From assembly GCA_910585915.1 (NCBI GenBank), contig CAJUGF010000004.1:1-61130 (forward strand): a stretch of DNA of 61,130 nucleotides, in the 5' to 3' direction. This DNA comes from an uncultured Bacilli bacterium. Lineage in GTDB: Bacteria > Bacillota_I > Bacilli_A > RF39 > UBA660. This document shows, piece by piece, positions 35,000 to 44,334 of the stretch. The number at the start of each line of letters is the position of its first letter. Within the stretch, counting starts at the first letter, position 1. Made by a program: the position numbers and the translations under genes. The notes beneath the pieces are model-generated. The model saw nothing but the letters and a program-made list of their open reading frames with translations. It was not told where the DNA came from and made no database searches.

Positions 35000-35278
35000 A
35001 TGGGAATATTTAACCAAAAATTTTTTAATGAAGGAAATTGGGAACTAGAAAGAGATGAAGAAGATTGTGATCACATCTTAGAAGAGTTTTTTGAGAAAAA
35101 AAGTGAAAAAGAACATTGTGGTGACAAGGTAGTAACTTGTACAAAATGTAAAAAAGAGATAAGTAGAACACCGATTCACGAACATGATTATTTGGTAACT
35201 GATCAGGCTGCGAGCACTGATTATCAATGCATTAATTGTGATTATGAATATGAAGAAGTCAAGAATCCATTTGGATAA
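35000..35278 (+). CDS. Cys-rich small protein
   Basis: CTKCKK...CINC zinc-ribbon-like pairs. Confidence 0.45.
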   Translation: MGIFNQKFFNEGNWELERDEEDCDHILEEFFEKKSEKEHCGDKVVTCTKCKKEISRTPIHEHDYLVTDQAASTDYQCINCDYEYEEVKNPFG

Positions 35279-35291
35279 TAGAAAGATAATT

Positions 35292-36737
35292 ATGAATGAA
35301 GAACTAATCAATAAAAGATGGAATTACACTAGAAACAAATTGAAAAAATTTCAAAAGTGGTATTCTAAATTAAACAAAAAAACGCAGGATAAAATTCAAG
35401 AAATAGTGAATTATTATGATATATCCTATAATGATTTAAATAAGACTATAAAATTATCTGATAAAGAAAGGCTTAATCGTAAGATAGAAGAATGGAAAGA
35501 ATTAGGTATTTATGAGGGTTATTTTAAGTATCGTGTAGAAGAATTAAATAAATATAATATGAATTATCATAATTTAATAGAAATACTTATATATGGTATA
35601 TTTATGGAAGAATTACAAAGTATTGACACTGAAATAAATAAATTATTTCAAAGTGTTAGTCAAGATTGTTACAATGAAGGCAGAAATGATCTCAGAAAGA
35701 GCGAGAAAAAAATATCTCATTCTTTTTTAGACACATTTAGTCGAACATTAATTGATGGAATTGTATTTGCAGATTATCTAAATGCTTTATATTTAACAAA
35801 CATGCAAGAGATTCAAAAACAACACTTAATATCATTACAACAAAATAAGAAATTAAATGTGTATAGTGATTTATCTCAGCGACAATTTGAAAAGCAAAGA
35901 AATAGGTTAATATGTACTAATAATGATAAGTTTTCAGGTGGCTTAGATAAATATGTTACTGCCCTAGGTAATATGGCTTATATAGAAGCTAGTGACCAAG
36001 AAAATCAACAAGTTAAATTAGTGTCAGATCATTGTGATAATGTAACAGACATGTGTTCTTATATGGATGGTATGATATTCAATACCAGAAAGAGAAATGT
36101 TTTTAAACGTCCAATGGGAAAAACAAAAAAAGATTTATTAATTCAAGAAGTTGATGTCATGGGACTTGTAGTTGGAATTAACCAACCGCCAATTTCAGAA
36201 CATTTTCACTGGTGCCATAGCATTCTCACTTATTTAATAAATAAGAGCGCAGATGAGTTGAGAGAAACGTTATTCGAAGATAATATAATAGTTGATGATT
36301 TTGAAGGATTAAATAAAAATATAGAACATTTAATAATTTATAATATAAATACAGATGAAAAACTTCATCAGGAATCAAGCAATAGGAATAATAGTGTTGG
36401 TAGCCTAAAAGCATTAAAGTTGTTGAATACATCATCTAAAAATAGTTTGTTAGCAGTACATAATCACCCAAGTAATTCTTCTTTTTCTTATAAAGATCTC
36501 CAAACATTTAACAAATATAAATCTTTAAATATGATAGTAGTAAAAACAGATAATTATTTGTATTACTTAAAGAAAAATGGTATAAGTAAGATTAAGTCGA
36601 AAGATTTTGAAAAATATTATACTTTAGCGAGAAAAGATTATTTTAACAAGTATAAGAAAAATAAAGAAACTTTGCATTTGTTTAATAAAATGATTAGTAG
36701 AAAGATTGGGTGGAAGTATGGAAGAAAACAAATATAA
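35292..36737 (+). CDS. MuF/SPP1 gp7-like minor head protein fused to a RadC-like JAB/MPN domain
   Basis: MuF-like SDHCDNVTDMCSYMDGMIF and PPISEHFHWCHS motifs after portal; C-terminal EHLIIYNINTDE...LLAVHNHPSNSSFSYKD (36459-36497) resembles the JAMM motif. Confidence 0.65.
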   Translation: MNEELINKRWNYTRNKLKKFQKWYSKLNKKTQDKIQEIVNYYDISYNDLNKTIKLSDKERLNRKIEEWKELGIYEGYFKYRVEELNKYNMNYHNLIEILIYGIFMEELQSIDTEINKLFQSVSQDCYNEGRNDLRKSEKKISHSFLDTFSRTLIDGIVFADYLNALYLTNMQEIQKQHLISLQQNKKLNVYSDLSQRQFEKQRNRLICTNNDKFSGGLDKYVTALGNMAYIEASDQENQQVKLVSDHCDNVTDMCSYMDGMIFNTRKRNVFKRPMGKTKKDLLIQEVDVMGLVVGINQPPISEHFHWCHSILTYLINKSADELRETLFEDNIIVDDFEGLNKNIEHLIIYNINTDEKLHQESSNRNNSVGSLKALKLLNTSSKNSLLAVHNHPSNSSFSYKDLQTFNKYKSLNMIVVKTDNYLYYLKKNGISKIKSKDFEKYYTLARKDYFNKYKKNKETLHLFNKMISRKIGWKYGRKQI

Positions 36738-36879
36738 TGAAAATGAAATAATCTTTGATGATAGAGAATTGGACGAATTATCTGATGATCCAGTAGAAGC
36801 AGATGAAGAATTTGAAGAAAAAGTATCCAAAAAGTTAGATAATTATTTAAAGGAACATCCTTTTGAATTTGAAGATTAG
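36718..36879 (+). CDS. 53-aa acidic small ORF (not in ORF track)
   Basis: MEENKYNENEIIFDDRELDELSDDPVEADEEFEE...; overlaps end of MuF gene. Confidence 0.35.
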   Translation: MEENKYNENEIIFDDRELDELSDDPVEADEEFEEKVSKKLDNYLKEHPFEFED

Positions 36880-36902
36880 CACTGAAAAATAGTGCGTTTT
36901 TT
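36879..36902 (+). terminator. weak intrinsic terminator ending the packaging/portal/MuF block
   Basis: GCACT-N7-AGTGC, then G and T6. Confidence 0.45.
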
Positions 36903-37053
36903 ACACTACTTTATAGGTAGTGTACTGATAATATATAAACATCGCTCTAGTTCTCCAAAGGTAAGAGTGAGAGTGTAACAATGAGATGACCATTATATTA
37001 TTGGTACAGTGCTTATAAATAACACTGTAAGTCGATGAATAATCGGCTTTTTT
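36903..37053 (+). promoter_or_regulatory. late-control cassette copy 2
   Basis: Palindrome ACACTACTTTATAGGTAGTGT 36903-36923; TGaTAATAT 36926-36934; GTAAGAG block 36961; TTATTGGTACAGT 36998-37010; terminator 37030-37053. Confidence 0.55.
37030..37053 (+). terminator. intrinsic terminator inside late leader 2
   Basis: AGTCGAT-GAATA-ATCGGCT followed by T6. Confidence 0.6.
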
Positions 37054-37136
37054 GTGTTGTTTTAAACACTAAGAATTTTGGTTAAACTCACCGAAACGGG
37101 TTATTGGCATCCTTAGCCGAAAGAAAGGAATAAAAC

Positions 37137-37706
37137 ATGGAAAAAAAACAAGAGGTAACTACTACCGAAACAGTAGAACAAAAGAATGAATCTCAACCAG
37201 AAACTCACGAAGAAGTTAAAAAAGAAAAAACTTATACGAGAGAAGAAGTTGAAAGAATTAAAGCTCATGAGAGAGAGTTGATTCGCCAAGAGATTCAAAA
37301 AGAGGCTGAAGCAAAAAAGCAAGAAGCTGAAAGACTTGCAAAGATGGATGAAGATCAAAAAAAATCGTATGAGATTGAACAAGCAAATAAAAGAGCACTT
37401 ACTGCAGAAAGTGAGCTTAATGCTTACAAACTTAAAGATGAAGCCATAAAACAAGCAAGTGAAAAAGGAGTAGACTTAGATCTTATGCAAACTTTGGATT
37501 ATACAAAAGAAACTGCTGAAAGTATTAAAAGTAAAATTGAAATATTTGAACGTACATCTAAAAAAATCCATGAAAAAGCAATAAGTGATTATTCAAAAGA
37601 ACCTGCTCCACAAACTGGAGATAGCTTCTCTGAAAAAACTATCTCTGAATGTAAGTCTTATGAAGACTTTGATAATTATTATAAGAAACACCAAAAAGGC
37701 AATTAG
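37137..37706 (+). CDS. scaffolding protein
   Basis: Acidic, Glu/Lys-rich coiled coil directly upstream of the capsid gene. Confidence 0.65.
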   Translation: MEKKQEVTTTETVEQKNESQPETHEEVKKEKTYTREEVERIKAHERELIRQEIQKEAEAKKQEAERLAKMDEDQKKSYEIEQANKRALTAESELNAYKLKDEAIKQASEKGVDLDLMQTLDYTKETAESIKSKIEIFERTSKKIHEKAISDYSKEPAPQTGDSFSEKTISECKSYEDFDNYYKKHQKGN

Positions 37707-37735
37707 GTGTTTTTATTTAGAAAGGAAATGATAAT

Positions 37736-38770
37736 ATGCCAAAATTCGATTCAAAATCATTTAACCCAGAGGCATTTGCTAGCTATAGCGAAACAGTTTC
37801 TAAAAAAAGGTTAAATCAATTAATTAAAGCTAATATTTTTAAACCAAATGAAGATATTAGAAACGCATTAAAAACTCAAACGGGTTCATTTTATGCAATT
37901 ATTCCAATGTATGGAAGATTGAGTGGTGAACCAGATAATTATGATGGTAAGACAGATATTCAATCAAGTGTATTACCTACTTATGAAAGAGGAGTAGTTG
38001 CCTTTGGTAGAGCAAAAGGATTTACTGAAAGAGATTTCTCTTATGATATTACAAGCGGTGTCGATTTTATGTCACAAGTCGCTCAACAAGTATCTGAATA
38101 TTGGGATGACGTAAACGAAGACGTTTTAATTTCAATTATCAAAGGTATTTTTGCAATGACTTCTGAAGGTGGTTTAGAATTTATCAACAAACATACATTT
38201 GATATTTCTGGAGAAACAGAAAATAAAATACAAGAAACTACTTTAAATGATGCATTACAAAAATCATCTGGAGATAAAAAAGCAGTATTCTCTTTAACTA
38301 TTATGAATAGTGCAATTGCAACAAATTTAGAGAATAAAAAATTATTAAAGTATTTAACTTACACTACTGCTGAAGGTATTGAGATGCCATTAAACCTAGC
38401 ACATTGGAATGGAAAGCTAGTTTTAGTTGATGATCACATCACTACTGAAACAACTGAAGCAGGAACAAAATATGTTACTTATGCTTTAGGTGAAGGTGCG
38501 TTTGATTATGAACCACTAGACGTTAAAGTTCCATATGAAATGGAAAGAAATGCATCCAAAAATGGAGGAGAAGATACTCTTTATTCAAGAGAAAGAATTG
38601 TATACGCTCCATATGGTATTAGCTTTACTAAAAAGAATGTTAAAAGTTTCTCTCCTACAAATGCAGAGTTTGAAGATGGTGCAAACTGGGATTTAGTTAC
38701 AGATACTGAAAACGAAGAATACTTCGATCATAAAGAAATTCCAATCGTTAAGATTGTATCTTTAGGGTAA
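37736..38770 (+). CDS. major capsid protein
   Basis: 344 aa, strong GAAAGGAA RBS, position after scaffold; family not identifiable by eye. Confidence 0.7.
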   Translation: MPKFDSKSFNPEAFASYSETVSKKRLNQLIKANIFKPNEDIRNALKTQTGSFYAIIPMYGRLSGEPDNYDGKTDIQSSVLPTYERGVVAFGRAKGFTERDFSYDITSGVDFMSQVAQQVSEYWDDVNEDVLISIIKGIFAMTSEGGLEFINKHTFDISGETENKIQETTLNDALQKSSGDKKAVFSLTIMNSAIATNLENKKLLKYLTYTTAEGIEMPLNLAHWNGKLVLVDDHITTETTEAGTKYVTYALGEGAFDYEPLDVKVPYEMERNASKNGGEDTLYSRERIVYAPYGISFTKKNVKSFSPTNAEFEDGANWDLVTDTENEEYFDHKEIPIVKIVSLG

Positions 38771-38775
38771 TATCC

Positions 38776-38961
38776 ATGAAGTTCAAAAATAAATATACAA
38801 ATGAAATTGTGGAAGCAAGCAATAATGTTGAATTGTTTGCTTTTTCTCACAATTCTAATTATGAAATAGTAGAAGTAACTAAAGAAGAGAAACCAAAAGC
38901 AGATACCAAGAAGAAAAAAGAAGAGAAACCAAAAGCAGATGTATCTACAACTGAAGAATAA
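38776..38961 (+). CDS. hypothetical protein with KEEKPKAD repeat
   Basis: 61-aa ORF. Confidence 0.45.
   Translation: MKFKNKYTNEIVEASNNVELFAFSHNSNYEIVEVTKEEKPKADTKKKKEEKPKADVSTTEE
38881..38940 (+). repeat. 24-nt direct repeat at 36-nt period
   Basis: AAAGAAGAGAAACCAAAAGCAGAT at 38881-38904 and 38917-38940. Confidence 0.9.
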
Positions 38962-38981
38962 TAGAAAGTGAGGCAATAGAA

Positions 38982-39290
38982 ATGAAAGAATTAATCATAA
39001 AAAGCGCTATAAGACAACTTGGTCCATTTTTTAAAAAAGGTGATGAAATAATCATTGATGAGATAACAGATGATATGATAACTATTGCCTTTTCTTATTC
39101 AAATAGAACTATAGAAAATGGTAGTCCGTTAATTCCAATAATAAAAAAAGCCGTAATATCTACTTACAAATTACGTGGCAGTGAAGGTCTAAAATCACTA
39201 AGTCAAAGTGGTAAAAGTATGTCATTTGATAATATAGAAGAAAAAATGAGACAAGACATTCTTAAAAGTAGATTGAGGCTATTGAAGTGA
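38982..39290 (+). CDS. head-tail connector (gp6-like)
   Basis: 102 aa, position after the capsid gene. Confidence 0.55.
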   Translation: MKELIIKSAIRQLGPFFKKGDEIIIDEITDDMITIAFSYSNRTIENGSPLIPIIKKAVISTYKLRGSEGLKSLSQSGKSMSFDNIEEKMRQDILKSRLRLLK

Positions 39291-39616
39291 TAGTTGATTT
39301 AATAGAAGTAACATTAAAAAAAGCTATTTTTGAAAAAGCATCAAACGGCCAATCGATAGCAAAAGAATATCAAAATATAGAAAAATATAGCGTTTTTAAG
39401 CAAAATTTAGAAGATGAAATTTCTGCTTCGATTTATGGTGCTAATATTAATAAAATGTTGAGAATAGAATCCGTCCGTCATGAATTAGAAGGATTTTTAT
39501 GTGATATAATAGAAAATAAAGAAGAAAAAATAAGCGATTATTTTATTTTTTATAATTCTGTTACATACAAAATAACCTCAGTAAATGAATTTAGGATAGA
39601 TATAGAGAGATTATGA
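39287..39616 (+). CDS. head closure / head-tail adaptor
   Basis: 109 aa, translationally coupled; call by position. Confidence 0.5.
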   Translation: MIVDLIEVTLKKAIFEKASNGQSIAKEYQNIEKYSVFKQNLEDEISASIYGANINKMLRIESVRHELEGFLCDIIENKEEKISDYFIFYNSVTYKITSVNEFRIDIERL

Positions 39617-40098
39617 AAAATATAGCTCAATTATCAATCGATATAAAAAAATTTGGAAATAAACTTGAAGAAAATTTAGCCAATAAGCAAAAAGATATAG
39701 CAAAGCAAACTTTAGAGGATATCAAAGCAGGAGCACCAGTAAGAACTGGAAGATATGTAAATAGTATAATTTTAGAAGATACAGTAATTGAGAAAAATAG
39801 AATATATACTGTAATTAGTAGTGACCTAAAAGTTGGTGGGAATGATCCAAAATGGGCTGATTTTAGATTAGCAGTATTTATTGAACACGGGACAGGTCCT
39901 ATAGGACAATCAACTTATAATGGAAGACACTTTCCAGTATTTAGACAAACACCATGGTGGTATTTTGATAATAATCTAGGTTGTTTTATTTTTACAGAAG
40001 GTATGAAAGCTACTATGCATTGGCAAAAAGGCTTAGATAAAAATACGCCAAATTATTTAAATGCTATTAATGAAGCAATTAAGGAGGCTAAAAGATGA
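39613..40098 (+). CDS. HK97 gp10-like tail-component/neck protein
   Basis: 161 aa; N-terminal ...IDIKKFGNKLEEN... and position typical of the gp10 family. Confidence 0.55.
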   Translation: MKNIAQLSIDIKKFGNKLEENLANKQKDIAKQTLEDIKAGAPVRTGRYVNSIILEDTVIEKNRIYTVISSDLKVGGNDPKWADFRLAVFIEHGTGPIGQSTYNGRHFPVFRQTPWWYFDNNLGCFIFTEGMKATMHWQKGLDKNTPNYLNAINEAIKEAKR

Positions 40099-40463
40099 GG
40101 GATAAAATTCAAAAATGCTTAAACATAATTAATGAACTTGAATGTGGACCAGAAGTATCAGATGACTTGTTAGAAGAAAAGAAAAATTATTTTAATTATT
40201 CTATAAGTGAAACATTTATGTCTGAAAATCATGATAGAAAAAATGTAAATAGAATATCGCTAACGGGTTATTTAAAAAGAAAAAAAAATCACATGGAAAA
40301 TACACCTTCAATTTTAGATAAAAAAACAGATGAGATTATATTTGAATTAAAACAATTAAATTTTAGATGTTCATCAGATGATGTAAGTGTAAATGATAAT
40401 ATCTCGAAAATAAAAATTACGGGATTTGCTTATTATTCAGAAGTAAATAAAGAATTATTTTGA
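40095..40463 (+). CDS. tail completion protein (by position)
   Basis: 122 aa, coupled. Confidence 0.45.
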   Translation: MRDKIQKCLNIINELECGPEVSDDLLEEKKNYFNYSISETFMSENHDRKNVNRISLTGYLKRKKNHMENTPSILDKKTDEIIFELKQLNFRCSSDDVSVNDNISKIKITGFAYYSEVNKELF

Positions 40464-40478
40464 GAGGAGAGTAAAAAT

Positions 40479-40967
40479 ATGAAAAAAATTAATATTATGC
40501 CATTAGATATACAAAGATTTGCTCGTGAAGGAGCAGAAACTGACATTTATAACGGAGTTAAGTTGTCGTATAAGAAAAAAAGTGAAACGAATTATACAAG
40601 AATATATGGATTAAATGAAGTTCCAGATATTGGAGGAGAGCCAAATACAGTATCAACTACAAATCTAGACAACTTAAAATATGAAACTGAAAAGCAAACA
40701 TTAATGCCAGTTCAAAAATATAATTTTGGTTTCGACTTAGAAAATCCAGCATTAGATTCAAACATTTATCTTGCTTCTAAATTAGAAGACAGTGGAGAAA
40801 TTGTTGAGTGGAAGTATGATCTAGATAATGGAATAGTAATTACTTTTGAAAGTAAAGTCAGAACAACAATTCTAGGTGGAAAAACTGGTGAATTGAAAAA
40901 ATTCACTATGCATTTAAATCCAGAGAAAGAACCTACAAGAACAATTACTGTTCCTACAGGAGAATAA
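40479..40967 (+). CDS. major tail protein
   Basis: 162 aa with GAGGAGAG RBS, followed by a terminator-like hairpin and the chaperone genes. Confidence 0.65.
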   Translation: MKKINIMPLDIQRFAREGAETDIYNGVKLSYKKKSETNYTRIYGLNEVPDIGGEPNTVSTTNLDNLKYETEKQTLMPVQKYNFGFDLENPALDSNIYLASKLEDSGEIVEWKYDLDNGIVITFESKVRTTILGGKTGELKKFTMHLNPEKEPTRTITVPTGE

Positions 40968-41053
40968 GAAATGGCGATTATATTCAAATATATAAAAAAA
41001 AGAAAAATTAAAACAACTGGAAAAAAACAAAATATTAAAGAAAGCAAAAAAGA

Positions 41054-41089
41054 AGACAATACAAAGAAGTAGTATTGTCTTTACTTTTT
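41054..41089 (+). terminator. attenuator/terminator hairpin after major tail gene
   Basis: AGACAATAC-N9-GTATTGTCT followed by a T-rich tract. Confidence 0.45.
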
Positions 41090-41109
41090 ATTAGAAAGGA
41101 ATTTTATAT

Positions 41110-41502
41110 ATGAATTATTATGAAATTGAAATAAATGGAAGAATTGAAAAATTCAAGCTAACAGCTGAAGCTTGTATTTTATTAGAAAAAAAAGTAAATA
41201 AAAAATTAACTGACTATATATATGAAGAATCAGTAACAATGTGTGTTGACCTACTCCAATATATGAAACGTTTTGAAAATTCTAATTATAGTCAATTAGA
41301 ATCATTGAAGTTATGTGACGAATTAATATCTTTAGGATGGACATATCCTAAAATTATTACAGACATTATTTATGAAACTTTGGTTGTATCGGGTTTTTTA
41401 GAAAAATCAGAGTGGGAAAAAATGAAAGAAGAATCGAAAAAAGCCAAAGAAATTCTAGAAGCTCAGAAGGAGAAAGTTTTACAGAATATATCCGAAAACT
41501 AA
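41110..41502 (+). CDS. tail assembly chaperone (G-like)
   Basis: Position between major tail and tape measure; overlapped by a -1 frame ORF. Confidence 0.7.
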   Translation: MNYYEIEINGRIEKFKLTAEACILLEKKVNKKLTDYIYEESVTMCVDLLQYMKRFENSNYSQLESLKLCDELISLGWTYPKIITDIIYETLVVSGFLEKSEWEKMKEESKKAKEILEAQKEKVLQNISEN

Positions 41503-41762
41503 TTAATGAAGGAATCAAATTAGGTTATTTGTATAAGGATTTATATTCTCTTGATTTAAGTGAGTTGGAAAATTTGATTATTGAAGTTAGAAAAGGATTG
41601 GGATATAAAATCTGGCGAGTTGCCTCTTTAATAAAACATCCTTTTATTGCAAATTTTCCAGAGTCTCCAGAGGAAGCATGTCCAGAATTATTTCCAGAAA
41701 AGCCAACTGTAATGATGTCCGATTGGCTTTTTGAGAGATATATGAAAAGAGGAGGAAGATGA
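41412..41762 (+). CDS. -1 frame extension of tail assembly chaperone (GT-like fusion product)
   Basis: ORF lies in the -1 frame relative to 41110..41502 and has no convincing own start; A-runs GGGAAAAAA 41414-22 and GAAAAAA 41436-42 lie in the overlap. Confidence 0.6.
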   Translation: MGKNERRIEKSQRNSRSSEGESFTEYIRKLINEGIKLGYLYKDLYSLDLSELENLIIEVRKGLGYKIWRVASLIKHPFIANFPESPEEACPELFPEKPTVMMSDWLFERYMKRGGR

Positions 41763-43924
41763 AAGAAAAATATAGTGTAGAATTAGAAATTCTTACAAAA
41801 TCCTTTAAAGATAAGTTAACTGAGTCAGAAAAAGATACGAAGAAGCTTGCAGATAAAATAAAGGATGCAAGTCAAACTAAATTAGATTTAAACTCAGGCG
41901 CTTTCAAAAGTTCTATTGCTCAATTAACCGATGTACAATTATCAAAATTACAAAATGTTCAAGATAAAATTAAGAAGACAATTTCAAATTTAGAACTTGG
42001 TAAAATAGATACAAAACAAGCACAAAAATCTTTGAATGTTTTACTTCAAGACGCAGAATGGATCGATTATGAATTTGGTAGAATGACAAATACTAAAATA
42101 TTATTAAATATTGATACTCAGGGTATTGAAAGTATGAACAAAATAGGCGTAGATGCAGATTTGATAAAAAATAATATAAAATTATCAGAAGCCGCAACAA
42201 GCGATTTAAATGCATCAATAAAAAATCTCGAAAAAGATTCAAAAAAAGTCAGCAATAATTTTAATGAAATTTCTTCAAGCGTTAGAAAAAGTAATGTAAA
42301 TAATGTTTTTAAGGAGTCAGTTGGTAATACAAGAAGATTCATTATGTCTTTGTTTAGTCTCCATACAGCTTGGAGTATGGTTAGTAGAGTTTCGTCTGAA
42401 GTATTATCGAATGATGATTATTTGAACGCAAAAAGCGAATTAATAGCAAGTACAATGAGTAACATGCTTGCTCCAGCGCTTAAATTAGTTATTGATACGG
42501 GACAATATGCTGTAATAACAATAGCTAAATTAATTGAAATTTTCACAGGATATAATGCTTTGGCAAATGTTACTACTAAAAATTTAAAAAAGACAGAACA
42601 AGCTTCAAAAAGTATGAATAAAGCTTTAGGTGGTATTGATGAAATTACAAATCTAAAATCCAGCAGCGGAAGTCTTTCTAATGGTATTCAAGCAGATTTG
42701 AATGCATTAAATGATTTTCAAGAAAAAGTGAAGAAAGTAAATGAACTATTTGATAGATTCTCTAAAACGTCTTTTGGACAATGGATAATGAGTGCTATTG
42801 ATTGGTTTAAATCTTTAGATCCAGCTATGCAAGCTGTTTTAGTAACTGGAGGCTTATTAGCAGCAAAGTTTGGGATACCAACATTATTTTCAGGCTTAAT
42901 TTCAAGCACAAAAAATGCAAATACAGAAGTTGGAACTTTAAGCAATGCGTTACGTACTTTGAGCGCGTTAGCTGTCGCTGGAATAACAGTATATGTTTCT
43001 TATCAAGCGGTAAAAGAAATGATAGCAACAATGAAGGAAGCTGAAGAACAAATAAAAAGAACTGTAGAATCCACTCAATTGTTAACAGGTAAATATCAAA
43101 ATTTAGATGAGCAAATGCAACAATGGAATGAAACAGGAGAATTAACTAATGAAAAAATTGAAGCACTGGTTTTTGGGTACTCTAATACTGAAGTAAAATT
43201 AAAAGATCAAATAGCTCTCTTAATGGAATCTCATACACTTTGGGGCGCTATTTCAGGAGCGTATGGAATGGCTATTGAACAAACAACATCATTAACAGAA
43301 AAAACTAAATCTAATAATACAGCTTTTTATAATTTATATTTGACAGGCAAGTTAAATAATGAACAAAAAGAGAAATTGATTCAAAACTTGAAGGATGAGG
43401 TCGAAGGATTAGAGACAGCTAATTCTCATTTACATGAAAATTCAAATGAATATAAAGTAAATAAAAATCGTATTTCAGAAGTAAAGCAACAGTTAGAAAA
43501 TTTGCGAAACGGTAATTATGATACTACAGCCGAAATAAATTTGAAAGCCAATACTTCTTCAGCTAAAAATGAATTGAAGAATTTTTTTGGAAAAATTGCA
43601 TCAGGACCATCGGCATTAATGGGTGCAGTAGGCTTAAACAATATAGATAATTGGGTAAATTCTTTTGATGTTGGAACTAATTACGTTCCAAATGATCAAT
43701 TAGCTTTAATTCATGAAGGAGAAGCAATTGTTCCTAAAAAATATAATCCAGTAATCAATCAAAATTATACCAATAATTTTAACAGCAATGAAATGGCTTA
43801 TTTGCTTAGAGAAATCAAAGATACTTTAGAAGAAAAAGAATTTAATGCCTATATAACAGAAGAAGATATTGGAAGAGCTTCTAGCAGATGGAGTGAATCA
43901 AATAGAAGGATTATGGGGAGATAA
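41759..43924 (+). CDS. tape measure protein
   Basis: 721 aa, coiled-coil plus hydrophobic central segments, canonical position. Confidence 0.85.
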   Translation: MKEKYSVELEILTKSFKDKLTESEKDTKKLADKIKDASQTKLDLNSGAFKSSIAQLTDVQLSKLQNVQDKIKKTISNLELGKIDTKQAQKSLNVLLQDAEWIDYEFGRMTNTKILLNIDTQGIESMNKIGVDADLIKNNIKLSEAATSDLNASIKNLEKDSKKVSNNFNEISSSVRKSNVNNVFKESVGNTRRFIMSLFSLHTAWSMVSRVSSEVLSNDDYLNAKSELIASTMSNMLAPALKLVIDTGQYAVITIAKLIEIFTGYNALANVTTKNLKKTEQASKSMNKALGGIDEITNLKSSSGSLSNGIQADLNALNDFQEKVKKVNELFDRFSKTSFGQWIMSAIDWFKSLDPAMQAVLVTGGLLAAKFGIPTLFSGLISSTKNANTEVGTLSNALRTLSALAVAGITVYVSYQAVKEMIATMKEAEEQIKRTVESTQLLTGKYQNLDEQMQQWNETGELTNEKIEALVFGYSNTEVKLKDQIALLMESHTLWGAISGAYGMAIEQTTSLTEKTKSNNTAFYNLYLTGKLNNEQKEKLIQNLKDEVEGLETANSHLHENSNEYKVNKNRISEVKQQLENLRNGNYDTTAEINLKANTSSAKNELKNFFGKIASGPSALMGAVGLNNIDNWVNSFDVGTNYVPNDQLALIHEGEAIVPKKYNPVINQNYTNNFNSNEMAYLLREIKDTLEEKEFNAYITEEDIGRASSRWSESNRRIMGR

Positions 43925-43926
43925 TT

Positions 43927-44334
43927 ATGAGTAAATTTGTTTGGGAAGCTAAATCTACAGTCTCTGGAACATATCAAAAAATGCCAACACCATCATTCTA
44001 TGATATTGAATGGGAAGATTTTGATAGTGATACATATAGAGATATAAATGTAGGAGATATGCATGATACTGTACTTTCTTCTAAATGGACAAAAGCTAAA
44101 TTTGTTTATAACTATCAAGAAGAATCAGAAGTGGAAAGTATATGTGAGATGATAAACAATAACCCTATTTATGTAAGACATAAAAATCCGATGTATAAAG
44201 GTGGAATTGCAGAAATGCAAATGAGATGTTCCAAAGGATCAATAAGTATGGAAAGAAATAGAGAAACAGGAGCTGAATGGAATAAGCTCTCTTTTAATTT
44301 GGTTCAAAAAAAGAAAGCTAGTGGGCAGAAATGA
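43927..44334 (+). CDS. tail component in distal-tail-protein position (unusually short)
   Basis: 135 aa directly after the tape measure. Confidence 0.4.
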   Translation: MSKFVWEAKSTVSGTYQKMPTPSFYDIEWEDFDSDTYRDINVGDMHDTVLSSKWTKAKFVYNYQEESEVESICEMINNNPIYVRHKNPMYKGGIAEMQMRCSKGSISMERNRETGAEWNKLSFNLVQKKKASGQK

